Origin: Tubiluchus corallicola
Lineage: Eukaryota; Animalia; Priapulida
Assembly: GCA_030141605.1 (NCBI GenBank)
Contig: JAQGDQ010000335.1
Location: forward strand, 186,001-250,000
Length of the DNA stretch: 64,000 bases
Direction of reading: 5' to 3'
Shown here one piece after another: positions 1 through 13,030 of the stretch (within the stretch, counting starts at the first letter, position 1; each line of letters begins with the position of its first letter). The notes beneath the pieces were generated by a model. That model was not told the DNA's origin and searched no databases. It saw only the letters and a list, made by a program, of their open reading frames with translations. The position numbers and the translations under genes are program-made.

Positions 1-1142
1 TTCGCGTTTTGCTGATTAGGCACTAATCTTCATAAGTTGAGCTGTAGGAATCTGAACGAGGTTGTTCTTCGTCGACGTGCGCACATTTTGATGCTCCTCG
101 TCGTTGCCAGTACTGAATAACTGATGTCGAAAGCACTGAGGTAGCGGATGCTGATGTTATAGGCATTAAAAAGGCTTCAGTATTATGACTGGCCTATGTT
201 GTTTCCATTTAATTGGCTGAGCCTAAACGTGCCTGTTCTACTATAGGTTTCCGCGCTTCACTGTCAAAGCTTGACATATACCATTGTGCCAGTTGAAAAC
301 ATAGTTTTGGCAAGTTTAAACAATTACATAGCATATACATTGCAGTATCAAAACTTTCACAGTCCCCAATTGCTCCGTGGAACGATGTCGATGTCCCTGT
401 GTATGAGCAATGAATTTCTCTACAGCCCGTTATAAATACGGAAAAATCATTTTTATGCTCCCACTGCATTCATTCTTCCACCCAGTGTCATATTCGTAGC
501 TCTGTTGCTACAGTTTCAAGAACACTTCAATGTCTAATTGGTATTAGCATTATTACATTGATCCGGGCTTCCTTGTAAACTGTGAAGAAATTATTAGGCG
601 CGGTCGGAATAGTATTGCGGGAGATTTAAAATGAAAATAAGCAAAAAATCCTGTCAATGCGAGTACGATATACGCATAAAATTGCTATACGGCAATATAT
701 TTTTTAATTCGATTTTGCTGAAACTACTTCAGGTACCCCTTTCCTTGTCCTTTAATATTACACTGTATTTGTAAGTTCTCTGTGTTGATCACATGTATTG
801 CGCAATCAAGACGTTTTGTGCAGACTTGTTGTACGTTGGCACTTGGCAGCGGGCCTAAAGTTGTTTACGCAACATTTAACTTTGTACGTGGATAATTATA
901 TAGGTTAACAAATGAGAGCACAGATTAGAAGTTATTTATACGCAGTAGAATGTGTACATAGGATACATGAAATAAATGGTACGCGTAGAAAGGAGAACAT
1001 GGGTGCAGCTCATACGAAAACGTCATTGGCAGTTTTTGGCACGCACTCCTACAGTTTTATGTAAACTTTATGTAAATAGTAAATGTGATGTGATATACGG
1101 GCGATTACACGACAATATATAAAAAACCAAATGCTGGAAGAA

Positions 1143-1181
1143 CGAGCGAGCGAGAGCGAGAGATGAAGGGAAGGGGAGAGA

Positions 1182-1226
<45 letters not shown>
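1143..1226. repeat. (GA)n microsatellite with GAGC/GAAGG flank
   Basis: Direct reading. Confidence 0.95.
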
Positions 1227-1230
<4 letters not shown>

Positions 1231-2639
1231 GAAAATTTCAAGTCGCAGCTTGAAATTTCCTGGTTGTTCACGTAGTCGTATCTAATTCACATTTTATACG
1301 CGTTTCCAGATACTCGGCAACAAACTTCAGAAAGCCATTTCAGCTTTAAATCACTGCCAGCGTTTATTGCTTTTATTTATGAAAATGTCACTTGCATCAG
1401 AAAATGAAAATTTATCGTGTACTTCCGAAAAGCGGAGGTTCGAGGAAATGGAAACCTTATTAAAAAGCTGAATTGTTATAAAAGAAAAACAACGAAATCT
1501 AAGAAGCTTTGCATAATTTCTGCAAAATGCCGCTTAGGTCTGGCTGCGTCCGTGGGCTGGAGCAAGAGTACAGGTGAATTCAGAGAATTATGTTCGGGCT
1601 TTTCAAGCTGTATAATGGCTTCATACTATATTATACACTTCAGACATATTATGCATTGCATAATACTGTAATTGAAAAAACAAAGTAAATAAAAACAAAT
1701 CCGGTTATTCTGTAGGCTAACTGGCTGATTGTCATGACATTGACTCTCGAGGACTACTGGAGGAACTTTAATTTATGAACACTCTGAAAGACTTCTTATT
1801 GCTAGTTTAGAAAGTATGCGTAATTTATGTAGGCGGAGTCGGATAAACGGCATTACTGTTTTAGGCATCTAACATAATAATAAAATTCAAAAGAGTGTTT
1901 CTGACAGGTAATTACGGTTCGCCGATTTTTATAATTATTTTATTTGCTAGTTACTGCAACCTTGTGAGCCCATTAGCTACAATTAGCTTATGTCTACATT
2001 TCCTTTTTAGCACATTTTTAAAATCAACAAGATTTCAAACGTTTTTGTTTGATGTAAATGAAGGACGGCACTTGCGGCATTCCCAGTGGACCAGAAATGT
2101 CAAGATTCGAAAAACATGCTCTATTTTGCAAAGCAGATTGTAATACTACTTGCCTCGCTCACGCGGAAACAGACCGGAAGCCGCTGTGAACGTCATGTCC
2201 GGTTTAGTTTATAAATAGAAAAGTGATATTAATTCAACACGACTCTCTCAAATAAAATTCCGGGTTAAGGATTTTCGTGGTTCGGAAGCGTACCAGCCAG
2301 GAACCGTGAGCAAGTTATAGCCTTAACCAGTATGTGTGGCTGAGGTGATTCATTGAAACGAGATTCCAATTCGGCCTGCTTCACTTCACAATAAAAGTTA
2401 TAAGCAGGCCAACATCTAGCACATAAAAGCAGTACTGTAACAATATTTTTGTGCCTTTTCTGTAACAAATTTTACTATACATACTTATAAGCCTATTTAT
2501 ACTTCGCTGGGGGTTATTGAGTGCAACGTGCACTCATAGTAATTAATATACACGGTCCTACACAATGCATTCTCTTCTATAGGTTTATTCTCAGCGAAGA
2601 GATTTCTGATTAGGGCTCAGCCTGATCCCTAATTTAGCA

Positions 2640-2860
2640 GGAAATTCACATAGTTAGGATCGTGGAACTCCTGGAAAATCTCATTTCGTGTCAAACGAAA
2701 AAATGTGGTGCCTCCGAATTCTCTTGCTACCAACTGAGAGAACAGGCAAGCCGGAACTACCAAGCGTGAGAGCTTCTTCCCGAACAAGCTGAAGCTTATG
2801 ATCACCGGTCTCTTCCAAGTTCCGAGAACGCGATGACGTCACCGCGCGTGCGCTGATCGT
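2640..2860 (+). promoter_or_regulatory. Candidate promoter: CRE palindrome TGACGTCA (2834-2841), GAS-like TTCCGAGAA (2820-2828), kB-like sites near 2640-2760
   Basis: Motifs read directly in a locally CpG-rich patch upstream of the candidate first exon. Confidence 0.4.
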
Positions 2861-2880
2861 AAGGTGCTTAATTCGTGTGG

Positions 2881-3140
2881 TTAGTTTACAAACACAATGT
2901 TAGTAGCTGAGAAACGCGTAAGATGATAAAGTTGTTTCCGCAAAGCGATCAATGCTTAAAATGACCCAATGAGAGAATTTGAACGACAACTATAGTTTTA
3001 GAGAGAAGACGTCGCAGATTTGTTCAGTTTATACAACTAGAAAGACGTACAAAGGAAAGGAGAGGGTTTTAATTTCATTAAACTTCGCTTCAACAGACAA
3101 AGAGTTAGCTAGAAATCCCGGAAAATTTTTCGAATATAAG
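2881..3140 (+). other. Candidate non-coding first exon of the PH-like gene (5' end approximate)
   Basis: Strong AAG|GTAAGA donor at 3140/3141; Inr-like TTAGTT at 2881, 40 bp downstream of a CRE palindrome; frame closed by a stop. Confidence 0.45.
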
Positions 3141-3344
3141 GTAAGATAATTTTATTATTATTACGTATTAATCGGTTTATAAGTAAAATCAACGGCTTTG
3201 TCTTAGAGCCACTGCAATTTTATTTGCATTTTTTCTGTAAACCCATCTCTAGAAACACAATACAGCCACGGAACAGGTTAACACGCTTCACGCAACAACA
3301 GAAGGTAAAATGTGTATATACGTTTTAGTCGTTCATTTATAACC

Positions 3345-3391
3345 GCTCGCTCTCTCTTCTTTCTCTCTCTTCTCTCTCTCTTTCCCCCCTC

Positions 3392-3440
<49 letters not shown>

Positions 3441-3494
3441 CTCTCTCTCTCTCCTTTCTCTCTCTTTCTCTCTCTCTCTCTTTCTCTCTCTTCC

Positions 3495-3539
<45 letters not shown>

Positions 3540-3610
3540 CTCTCTCTCTCCTTTCTCTCTCTTTCTCTCTCTCTCTTTCTCTCTCTTTCTTTCTCTCTTT
3601 CTCTCTCTCT
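3345..3610. repeat. (TC)n/(TTTC) polypyrimidine microsatellite, about 265 bp
   Basis: Direct reading. Confidence 0.97.
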
Positions 3611-4484
3611 GACCTGGTGTTTTTCATTCGCGGCTTTTTTACTATTTCTTCTAATTTTGTGGAAGAAATTTTCTTCTCATTCGGGCTTTTTTCTTCGCGC
3701 CCTCTTTGCATTTTAGGGCGATGATCATACACCAATTGCAAGTACCCAGTTTATTATCAGGTGTAGCACACATTCCATAGAGTTCGACGGAATACGTTTC
3801 AATGCCACTCCTGCATTCCTCTGGTAGTAAATTGCTTGTCTGGACTAATTTTGCTTTGCTCGCTTTCTGGCATAGTTTTGAGAAGTTTTTTTCTATACCG
3901 CTTTTCTTCAGTTGAGGAACTGCATGCATAATAGTTCGGAGCTACAAATACGGAAAGTCCGCACGCACAGTTCAATATCCAGACAATTATTGCAGCCTTG
4001 TCCATATCTTATTATTTTATAGCTGATTGTGTGAGAACTTTCTCTTAACCTGGTACCTTGAAATATCTATAGAACAATGCTGAAACTATTTTCTTTTCTT
4101 TATCAAATCCTTGTCTAGACGGTTACCTATTGACATATATTTCAGTTTCGGAAGCGTCGACAGTAAGTCATAGTTTATAATTAGTTCAGCGGTAATTAGG
4201 TTCGCGTGTTACAGATTCCTGTGCAATTCTTGCTGTCCAATCAATTGGAAACGAAGCGCTTGGCAACAAAAAGCGTTTTTCCAGCACACATCAGTGATTC
4301 AGTTCACTTGCTTTGAATAAATATTTTCGAGCAACTTAATTTTCGGCCCCATGTGGACATATGCCGTTGTTTTCGTGTTTTTATTGAGAATTATCTGAAA
4401 TTGGAGTTATCCTCAAGACTGTGCCATGTCTGAATGGCAAAAGTATGTAGTAACGTAGACCACCAGGATATAATTTTTGTATAA

Positions 4485-4610
4485 GTCGTCATCATCCAGA
4501 CATAATTGATATCGTCTTCGTCGCTGGCGGCGTCATCATCGTCAGGCTCAGTATTGTCACCACCATCATCATCATCATCGCCGTCGTCGTCGTCGTCGTA
4601 ATCGTCGTCG
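4485..4610. repeat. Degenerate (TCA/TCG)n trinucleotide repeat
   Basis: Direct reading; explains the poly-Asp ORF. Confidence 0.85.
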
Positions 4611-5135
4611 GAAGGGCCCTGATTTGAGTCCATCAATTTTTTGTTTCTTTTAAATCAATGAATTTATTATGTTGGTTTTATGCTTGCTGTGTTAGATGAG
4701 TATGTTTACTGTCAACGTTGCCTCTAGTCATTTGCGAGCGGTAAACAGATATTTCATCTTCTGAGGATGAAAGCCCTTTAGTGTAAATCAGTGGACTGAT
4801 GTGTGCTCCTATCCTTCCAGAGCTATTACCTTTTTTATACTTTTTTCAGCGCTTACATAGTGCATTGCATTGGTGTTTTTGGCTTGTATGGAATATATGT
4901 GCGGGAATGAAACACTGCACCAATGGATCTTCAAATTTAATTTTAAAAGATGAAATAAACATGTTTCAGAAGTGGCTTAAGGCTAAACTTACACTTGATC
5001 TGCTTACGAGGATGCACAGCTAACTTAGCGTCCAGTGAGCTAAATTTCACAACAAAATTTTATTATCAAATGTGGTCCTCTGTGAATGCTCAGCTGTAAT
5101 AAGCAATAAGGCATCCTGTAAAAATTATCAGATGA

Positions 5136-5457
5136 TTAAAAGCTCCACTAAATGAAACACCTGCACTGCTGTAACATCACTCTTATTTTTTTTACAAAGA
5201 ATGGACTTGTGTATCGTTTATGGGGTTATAATAATTTGGGAAGAAATATGAAGTAATAAGCCTGCTACTCTAATTTGTACCTGCGTGTTTTTGTGCACAT
5301 TCGTCATTATGACGTCAAAAGTGTCTCATAAGAATAATTGTTGTGATGATAGAAGAGTTATGTGCAAGATAATGGTCACAGATTCTCAATAGACACCGTT
5401 TGCGACGTCACATCATATTACAGACATGCATTAGTTTGCTAATGGACGGGGCTTTAA
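5136..5457. mobile_element. Possible Kolobok-like MITE
   Basis: TTAA-AAGCTCC...GGGGCT-TTAA imperfect termini with internal TGACGTCA/GACGTCAC motifs. Confidence 0.3.
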
Positions 5458-7899
5458 ATCTTTGCAGTCATTGGTTTGTTTAATTTAAACAAAAAATTTA
5501 TCAAGTTATGTGTACAATGCTTATCGGCAGGTATCATTGGTGTACCTAGTTTTCTGAAGTAAGGAGGCTACACTGCAATTTCTAAAAGAAAGTCTGTTAT
5601 TATTTCAACTCACAAGCAATGGTATATAACATAGAGCTTAGTATTTAACTATTCTGTTAAGGGAGCATTCCCATGCCTAGTGAGTCACGTTCACGCACGT
5701 CTATATCAAGTTATATATGAATGTGTATAAATGGTGTACAATTTTTTATATAAAAAGTCGTGCTTGTACGATTATGATATTTCATTGCCATAGAGTTTCA
5801 AACCTAGACTTTGATAACCACGATAAAATGAATTTTAGACGATTATGGTTTTGAATACTCTGTTACGACAGTAGGCCTTAATAAGCGCCAGCCTCATGAC
5901 AGGTCGTGTCATATCGTGACATGATGGCGTCGTGACAAAGACGATAGTTACGGAGGGAATTACTATTATCACGTGTTTTGCAAAGATAACGACGTCGGTG
6001 AGACTATAATGTGTTTTTATAACCATAATGTGAGCTGTGTGAGATTTTTCACTGTAAAACATGTTTACAACTCAGCTTATTAGTACACAAGCTCTGCGCA
6101 CTGCGCAAAATGCATGCGCAGTGCGCAAAAACAAAACCTGCCAGTTAGGCCCACGTGAATAATTGCGTAATAATCGTTCACGTATATACTCATACCAAGC
6201 AAGGTAAACATATTACTTGTTAATAAATGATTAAAAACATTAATTAATGCAAAGCTTCAATATTCGATAGCTTTGACTGGACAATAATACCGGTTGGTAT
6301 ACGTAGGTTGCTGTACAAATTAAACTGAATATGTTTGTCAAGCAAAAACGCGTATTAAATGACTGCTAGGCGTTTTAAATGTCACGAGAATATGCCTGCA
6401 GTATTTCCTATATAATTGATAGGCCTACTGCTTTTACGCATAATACATATTATGTAGTTCTACTTTATACTATGCATTCATGAAGATGGTAGAGCCAAAG
6501 TCAACGCATTCAACCTTTTATTAAGACGTGATCCACCAAAATAACAACAGTACTAAAAGCAAAAGGCTTATTTAGCACCTGCAAACATCATTTTATTTTT
6601 CCATGGTCAACATGCGTCATCATGGTCAACTATATATGTCTGTAACTTTCAATGGACTTACATTTCTTAAAAGAAACAGCGATAAAAATGTGGGTTCACT
6701 TGCAACCATATGTGTTAACGATGGAAAATCATACAGTTGGACTAATACGAAAAAGCTGCAAATGTTTATAACTTATGCTTCCCCCCCCCCTTACAACAGA
6801 ATGAATAACACTAGGCCTTATCCTTCCTGTATGAATTTAACTGCATAATGCTAAGTTAAATGCTCCTACTGCTTTGACATTATGTTACACAGTAAATAGT
6901 GGTTGTTATCTCACGGCTAAAGTGCGAGTAATTTGCATGCGTCACGCGTGCCAAATTCCCTTGTTGCCTGTGCCATTTTAGCGCGTCAGCGAAAACCAAC
7001 GCAAGTGTCACAGTGAATGTACGAAGTTCTTACTCAATGACTCAAAACTAAATTCTCTTACACACTGCTGCAGCTGCGAAACTAATGCGCGAGATTTTAA
7101 TTTAAGCAGCTTTCAACTGCAGACTACAAGTCTAGCTAATAGAGTTATAGCATGATGAGTAACGTCGTATGTGTGTGCGCCACGAAATCACGCATGCGTG
7201 AAGTTGCGGGTGTAGTTTGAGTGATTCAGAACGCTGGTCAATTAATGCCTTGTAGGTGTACAATACAGGGGGGCATTGCTTAATTGACAGTTTATCTGGT
7301 GTCACATCAGTCTTTCGTGCTCTGTCTGTTAACGGAAGTTCATTAAAATCGGATAAGTAGTTATAAGGCTCTTCACAGTTATATAGTAGTTGACGAATAA
7401 CCACTTTTTAGCATTTTTCGTTGTTTTTTTCGAGCATTAATAACTTTTTCAAGTATCGATTTCCTGTTTCTTGTTGGACCCGAACCCCTTCTAAAATACG
7501 AACCGTTTTCTTAATTTAAGAAACCAATTCTCTTTAAGAAAATTACCTGTTTTTGTTACTACAGATGGTTACTGTCACTAGTGAACTTCACTTCGGTATC
7601 AGATTTAATGGATACGACTGGATATTATCTGACAAAATGGATGCGAGCTAAAAGAAACCATGAGGCAGACTAATTATTATTATTATTATTATTAAAGGTC
7701 GTGCCATTATCATTATAATTACGATGATATTTGGTTGAGCAACTTATTTGTCAGTAGTCAAAGGACATTAACTAGATTGCAAAAGGCACGTAGTAGACTT
7801 GCTGATGGACATTGGTTTGACCAAATAATATGATGCCACAAAATCATGGTACCTACTAATGCATCTGCCATTCTTATTTTTAGGAAAGAAGCCACATCC

Positions 7900-8337
7900 A
7901 TGGGATTGTTCACTCGTCCAAGTTGCAGCACCATGATTGACAATGAACATTCGTTGCCTGGCTTTCATGTGGTCAGTGGCACAGTAGTAATCGCCACACC
8001 TTACACGCCACGCCCTCAAACGGTCAAAATGACTGTGTACCACAATAATGTGGACAGATTTGCCGTCATACAACCAGACAAGGCAATATGTGCAAAATGT
8101 TTGTATGTGAACTTAAAAAACTGCTGTGTGGAGGCGCCGTTGTTGTCAAAAGGCTGTGAGGTGCAGATAAGGACCAAAGATGGGGAGGGAGAGTGTCTCA
8201 CGATGCAGACGAACAGTCCAGAAGAAATGAAGTGTTTTTTAGATGTTTTACAGATGCCAAAACGTGATCATTCGGCAGACAGATTAGCAATACCCGCTTT
8301 ACCGGCTTTGGAAGAAAGTGAAGAGGAGGCAGAATAA
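7900..8337 (+). CDS. Small (145 aa) uncharacterised protein with a PH-fold-like pattern and acidic C-terminal LPALEESEEE motif
   Basis: ttcttatttttag acceptor at 7883 places the real start at MGLFTR (7900); alternating beta-strand pattern (HVVSGTVVI, QTVKMTVY, RFAVIQ, YVNLKNCCVE, EVQIRT, CLTMQT) followed by helix SPEEMKCFLDVLQ, as in PH domains; followed by a U-rich 3' region with AATAAA signals. Confidence 0.8.
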   Translation: MGLFTRPSCSTMIDNEHSLPGFHVVSGTVVIATPYTPRPQTVKMTVYHNNVDRFAVIQPDKAICAKCLYVNLKNCCVEAPLLSKGCEVQIRTKDGEGECLTMQTNSPEEMKCFLDVLQMPKRDHSADRLAIPALPALEESEEEAE

Positions 8338-11300
8338 CTTAGGTGGTAACTCTAATCTTGTAAATGAATTTTTTGAACATTTCGAAAGGCACGAAACATT
8401 GAACAAAATAAATGTATTGTTGAATGTGTTTTATAGCTAATACGTATGTGAACATCAACGAATCATCAGCATCAGCAAAACAAACAAGCATATAGGATTT
8501 GACTATAGTCGAATGTACATAATTATTTAAAAAAATGTTCTGCTGTTTGAAAGCTAAAATTGTGAGACTAGTACATATCCAATGTTACATGTTTCGATTG
8601 TTTAATTAATAAACAGAAATATTGCCTAATGATTTACTGCGCAGTTTTCACCTAGAAAACGCGAGTTTGACATTATATAATCAAGTACAGAAGTACAAGA
8701 TATGGATTGAACTTTCCTGACATATTTATTAGACGTTACAGTAATGTATTGGAAACTTTTGCTGCAAACTGTGGTGGTGCTGCCATCTGTAATGAACTAT
8801 TGAAAGGTTAGACTGGATTATTAAGTTAGCATAACGGAATAGGTCAAAAGACTATTCTACGCCTTACCACAAATAGAATGGTGTTGTTAGAACTGAATGT
8901 ATGCATAAATTGCACATTATATTTTCTCTGATATAGCTAATTTTGTTGCCTTGTTGTAATTGTTTGTACATAGCTGTAAATTGAACCAGCCTAGAGTTAT
9001 TCATGTAAATACGTGATGAATTTCATAGATGCTTGATTAAAGTAGTTATTAATTGTGCCTATATTTTTGCAGCTATTATAATTGTAGCCAAAGCTAATAT
9101 CTTTGTAAGCTAGTATTTTTTGTTATGACTATTGGCATATTGAGTAAAATGTTGTGGAAATAAATATTTGCCGCAAATTGTTTAGCTGATATGAGCATGT
9201 ACTTTTTTGAGCACAGTCACAAAAATGACATGAAGAGTTGCATCCAAACACGATTTAAAGTGCAAATTTCTTTGACTGCTACTTGAGTGACTAAATTTTT
9301 GTTATTTAATTATGCATCATGCTTAAAAGGAAGAGGAAAATTTTCAGAAAACCTTCCATATAAAGTTATATTACACAGCATGAAATTTGCCTGTCTGAAA
9401 AACATGAAAAAGAAAATTCTTAATAACTTAAAGCGTTTGCGCTAATTAATAAAATACCACTGTTTCTGCATCCCAGTGTGTGCAAATAAATGCCACTCGC
9501 CCACTAAAAATGATATTAATCTTATTGACACAATAAAGTAATTCACATTTTTCATTAATTAGTGATGTATGTACTACAAATGCCCCAATTATTTTATTTT
9601 TCGAACGTTATGTAATGTTATATGATTCAAATGACTTATGCAACTATCATCGAGGGAGTTAAGTTTACAAGTTTTCTACAGTGTTGCAAGCTCTGTGCCA
9701 AAATAAGACTGCGTGTAAGTATTACAAAATTTTAAGACCGAATTTCTTTTGGCTTTATGTAGGTAATGGTTATCTTTAATGATACAACTATACAATGCTA
9801 TTCCAGTTGTATCATTTGCAATCAAGTAGCCTTAAACTTGGTTCGAACTGAGTTCAACTCTTATGCAAAGATAAAACTAGACATGCACAATAATACAAAG
9901 TGAAATAGAAATTTAAGATATTCTGACCGCAAGTAATGAGAGTATTAATCATATTGCGCAATGTATCCATAGCAACAAGTAAACTTGTGTCTGACCTATT
10001 TTTAAAATTGTCTTTCCACAGACAAAATAATAACATGTCTTGTTGACAACATACAACAAGAAACGCAGGCAATCAATAACATGTCTAGCATGTTTATTTT
10101 TACACATAGATCACGAGAAAATTTGCCAATATTTTTTTCAACAGAATTTATTTTGCACAGACGAAGATCTTGATTTAGCACTCTACAATGCATAATTGTT
10201 ACAAAAACATTACAGCCAAATATTCAAGTGAAAAATTTTAACAGAGATTAGAGGTGCCGTGATTGAAACTTAACATTAGTTGTAATCCTGAACACATCTT
10301 ACATAATGCCATAGCATGTTTTGAGAAAACATTACTTACATTAATGGAGTTATTAATAAATTAGTTAATTTAACTTTGTATAATTTAACAATTAATATTA
10401 ATATGGTAAATAACTATTGCTAAAAACTAATCTTTACAACTGACTTACAATGATCTAAATAAATCAAGAAGAATATAAAAAAGTACACAAATAAAGAAAA
10501 GGGTTTGTAATGTCTCTGAAATCTTACATTTAACAAATTTAATAACCGCGCAAAATTCAAGTTGAATGCTATTCAAGCTGTGCACTTAGCGATGAATTCA
10601 AGTGATCCGTTGCATTCAAGCTCATTTTTATTATTGTGTTAGACTGACAGCTGTTTTGGCACTGGTTTAACACGGACTGATCAACTCGAACAGTGATCAG
10701 CATTATGCTAGCTGGACTCTCGTCATAGACTTAATGAATTTTACTTACATAACAAATAAAATTAATATAACTGCAGGACCATAAACAAAGTAATACAAAA
10801 TATAACTTTTAGAGAAAAAATTCTGAATCAGAATAGAAGACAGAAACGGCATCTAACAAACACATATTTCTTAACACACAATTACAACGACGATAAATTA
10901 ATCATACATAATCTAGATAAATTACAGGTAAGATATTCTCTAAAAACAATAAATGCCAAAACGAATTACCCTAATGTTGTGCATAGTAAAACTAAACTTA
11001 AACAGCATTAATAGCATAGCCACATTAGTACAGTACATTACAATTTTAGTAATTATAATCTGTTTTAGAGTTCTGTTAATAACATGTTAACGAAATTGAC
11101 TGACAAAATTTAACGTTACACAAAGAAACAAGAACAAAATCGTCAAGTACTGAGATTTTTGTGAGCTAGGTATTACAAATACAAGAAGTGGGAAATGCTT
11201 ACAATAGTGATAATATGTATATGTAGAACCACGCTAATCTAAAACAGCCTACACTAGCAAACAATAATTTTATAATGTAATATATTTATATATGTATATC

Positions 11301-12675
11301 ACAGCTCTTTGCTAAATAATAACTTAGAACAATGCAAAAACCTTCAAACAATTGTACACCAGAATTAAAAACTTACGAAAATTAAAAGTGATGTGAACTT
11401 TCAGAACTTGTGACCAAGGACAACACCTAAAGTTTGAAAAGTTATTTTCATTGCACTCAGTGTAAAACAGCATCAATTGTTAGACAATTTTCCAGTAAAA
11501 ATTTTTTTGCATGTTTTCGATTTATCTACAAATTTCTTACAGTGCCACTACTGCCCAAATTTAAGAGCTATCTTAATTTAAGAAATATCTTAAAAATCCA
11601 TTAAACATTCTTGTCTTTAGCAAAAATTTTTGATTGGTAACATTAATAACACAATGTTGACGTGTTCATTTGTAACATTACTAACATTACCTTGATGATT
11701 TTACCTAAGTTGTGAACCCAAGAACAAAACTGAAATCCTAAAGGTTGAATGAAAGGGAAACAAGAAGGTAGCACAGAACGTACGAAACAAATGAAATTTA
11801 AACACTATTGAAAAAACCGGCAAAGTAGTATTGCAAGCACCAATATACTCTCTAAATTTCTACGTTAAACGACTAGTAGTTAAACTCTTAAAGTACAAAA
11901 CATTTTAAGTTAACAAATAGTAATAGGAATAATATGCACTTAATAGTATACATACAGAAGTGAGTGCCAATAGTTAAACATTGTGAAACGTGGACTGAAA
12001 ATGGAAGAGCAAACAATAGCAAAAAATGTGCAATATTAGTAACTGTAATCCACGTATGTTAGTTAGACATAAGCACCCATTTAAAACAACAGAATTATTA
12101 ATGACAAGTGCATAATGCAAATATGCATTTCTTTACAAGATGACCTTCAAGAACAACCTGTGAAGCAAACAAGTACTAACAAAGCCAAAGCATAATAACA
12201 ACATGTTTTTTTTTGCACATGAACACAGTATAGTGCAATTAGAAATGAGCTAGTTGTGACTTTTGACACAAGTTAAACTAAACGTTTACCAAAAAATAAA
12301 AATTTTATGACCAACTAGCTGTGACACAGTACCATCAGATATATCAAACAACAAACCTGCCTAATCTTTAATTGTACTTTGTACTTCTTTTATGAGAGCT
12401 TTTTCACATAGCTGTCACTTAAAGGCAAATTTCACAGTTCTTTTCCAGAATGTTTCTTGCTGTCCATTTAAAGCAAAATGATGTCAAGGTTTGCCAGTAA
12501 TGAAAACATGTTGGTAAAAGCTTTTCTACAAGCCAGTTATTAAATTTGTAGATTACAACTTGTCAGCCTAAAAACTTTGCATGGCAAGTTTAAATCCAAA
12601 TTGTTGTGACTCTTTAGGCAAAATGCAGAAATGAAGCATTAAGATAAAAGTATTTCATTGAAAGAAAAAATACAT

Positions 12676-13030
12676 CTATGTGTTACAATCTGCGGAACCA
12701 TTTTCGGAATTGGACTCTTCAAAACTAGGCTCTGGTATGGACTGGGCAGTCAACGGACTTGGATAGTTCGCTTTGTTGCCACCAGTCGGAGTCGTGGGGC
12801 TGCGATTTTTGCGAAAAGCAGGTTGTGCGCCATCGGAGACTTCGTCATTTCGAGAGAGTTGTGAAGGTGATAAACTTGCTGTTTTAGAGCTGCGTAGCTG
12901 AATGTCAGGAGATTCAATCTCCACTGCAAGGCGCCACTGTAGCTGTTCGTTCTCCATGGACAATCGCTTGTTTGCATGTGACTCTTTATTGTAGTTGGCC
13001 CTCAGTTTGATTTGTTCTTGGGTCAATTGC
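12676..13030 (-). CDS. Terminal coding exon of the MTUS-like gene
   Basis: tttttcag acceptor phase 2; KESHANKRLSMENEQLQWRL hallmark, then a Ser/Pro-rich tail and TAG. Confidence 0.93.

Noticed and set aside
1-600. Moderately GC-rich stretch with an 86-aa ORF
   Set aside because: No recognisable domain and multiple stops; possibly a decayed element but unassignable
3312-3741. ORFs with SL/ER repeats (also 1068-1271 and 47243-47580)
   Set aside because: Translations of (TC)/(GA) microsatellites
4391-4636. Poly-Asp ORF
   Set aside because: Degenerate trinucleotide repeat with no splice context or domain
5310-5317. Second CRE palindrome as an enhancer
   Set aside because: Lies within a possible TTAA-flanked MITE, so it may be element-derived
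7846-7899. N-terminal 18 aa of the 163-aa ORF
   Set aside because: Overlaps a polypyrimidine tract and AG acceptor at 7883, so mostly intronic; the start is more likely at 7900
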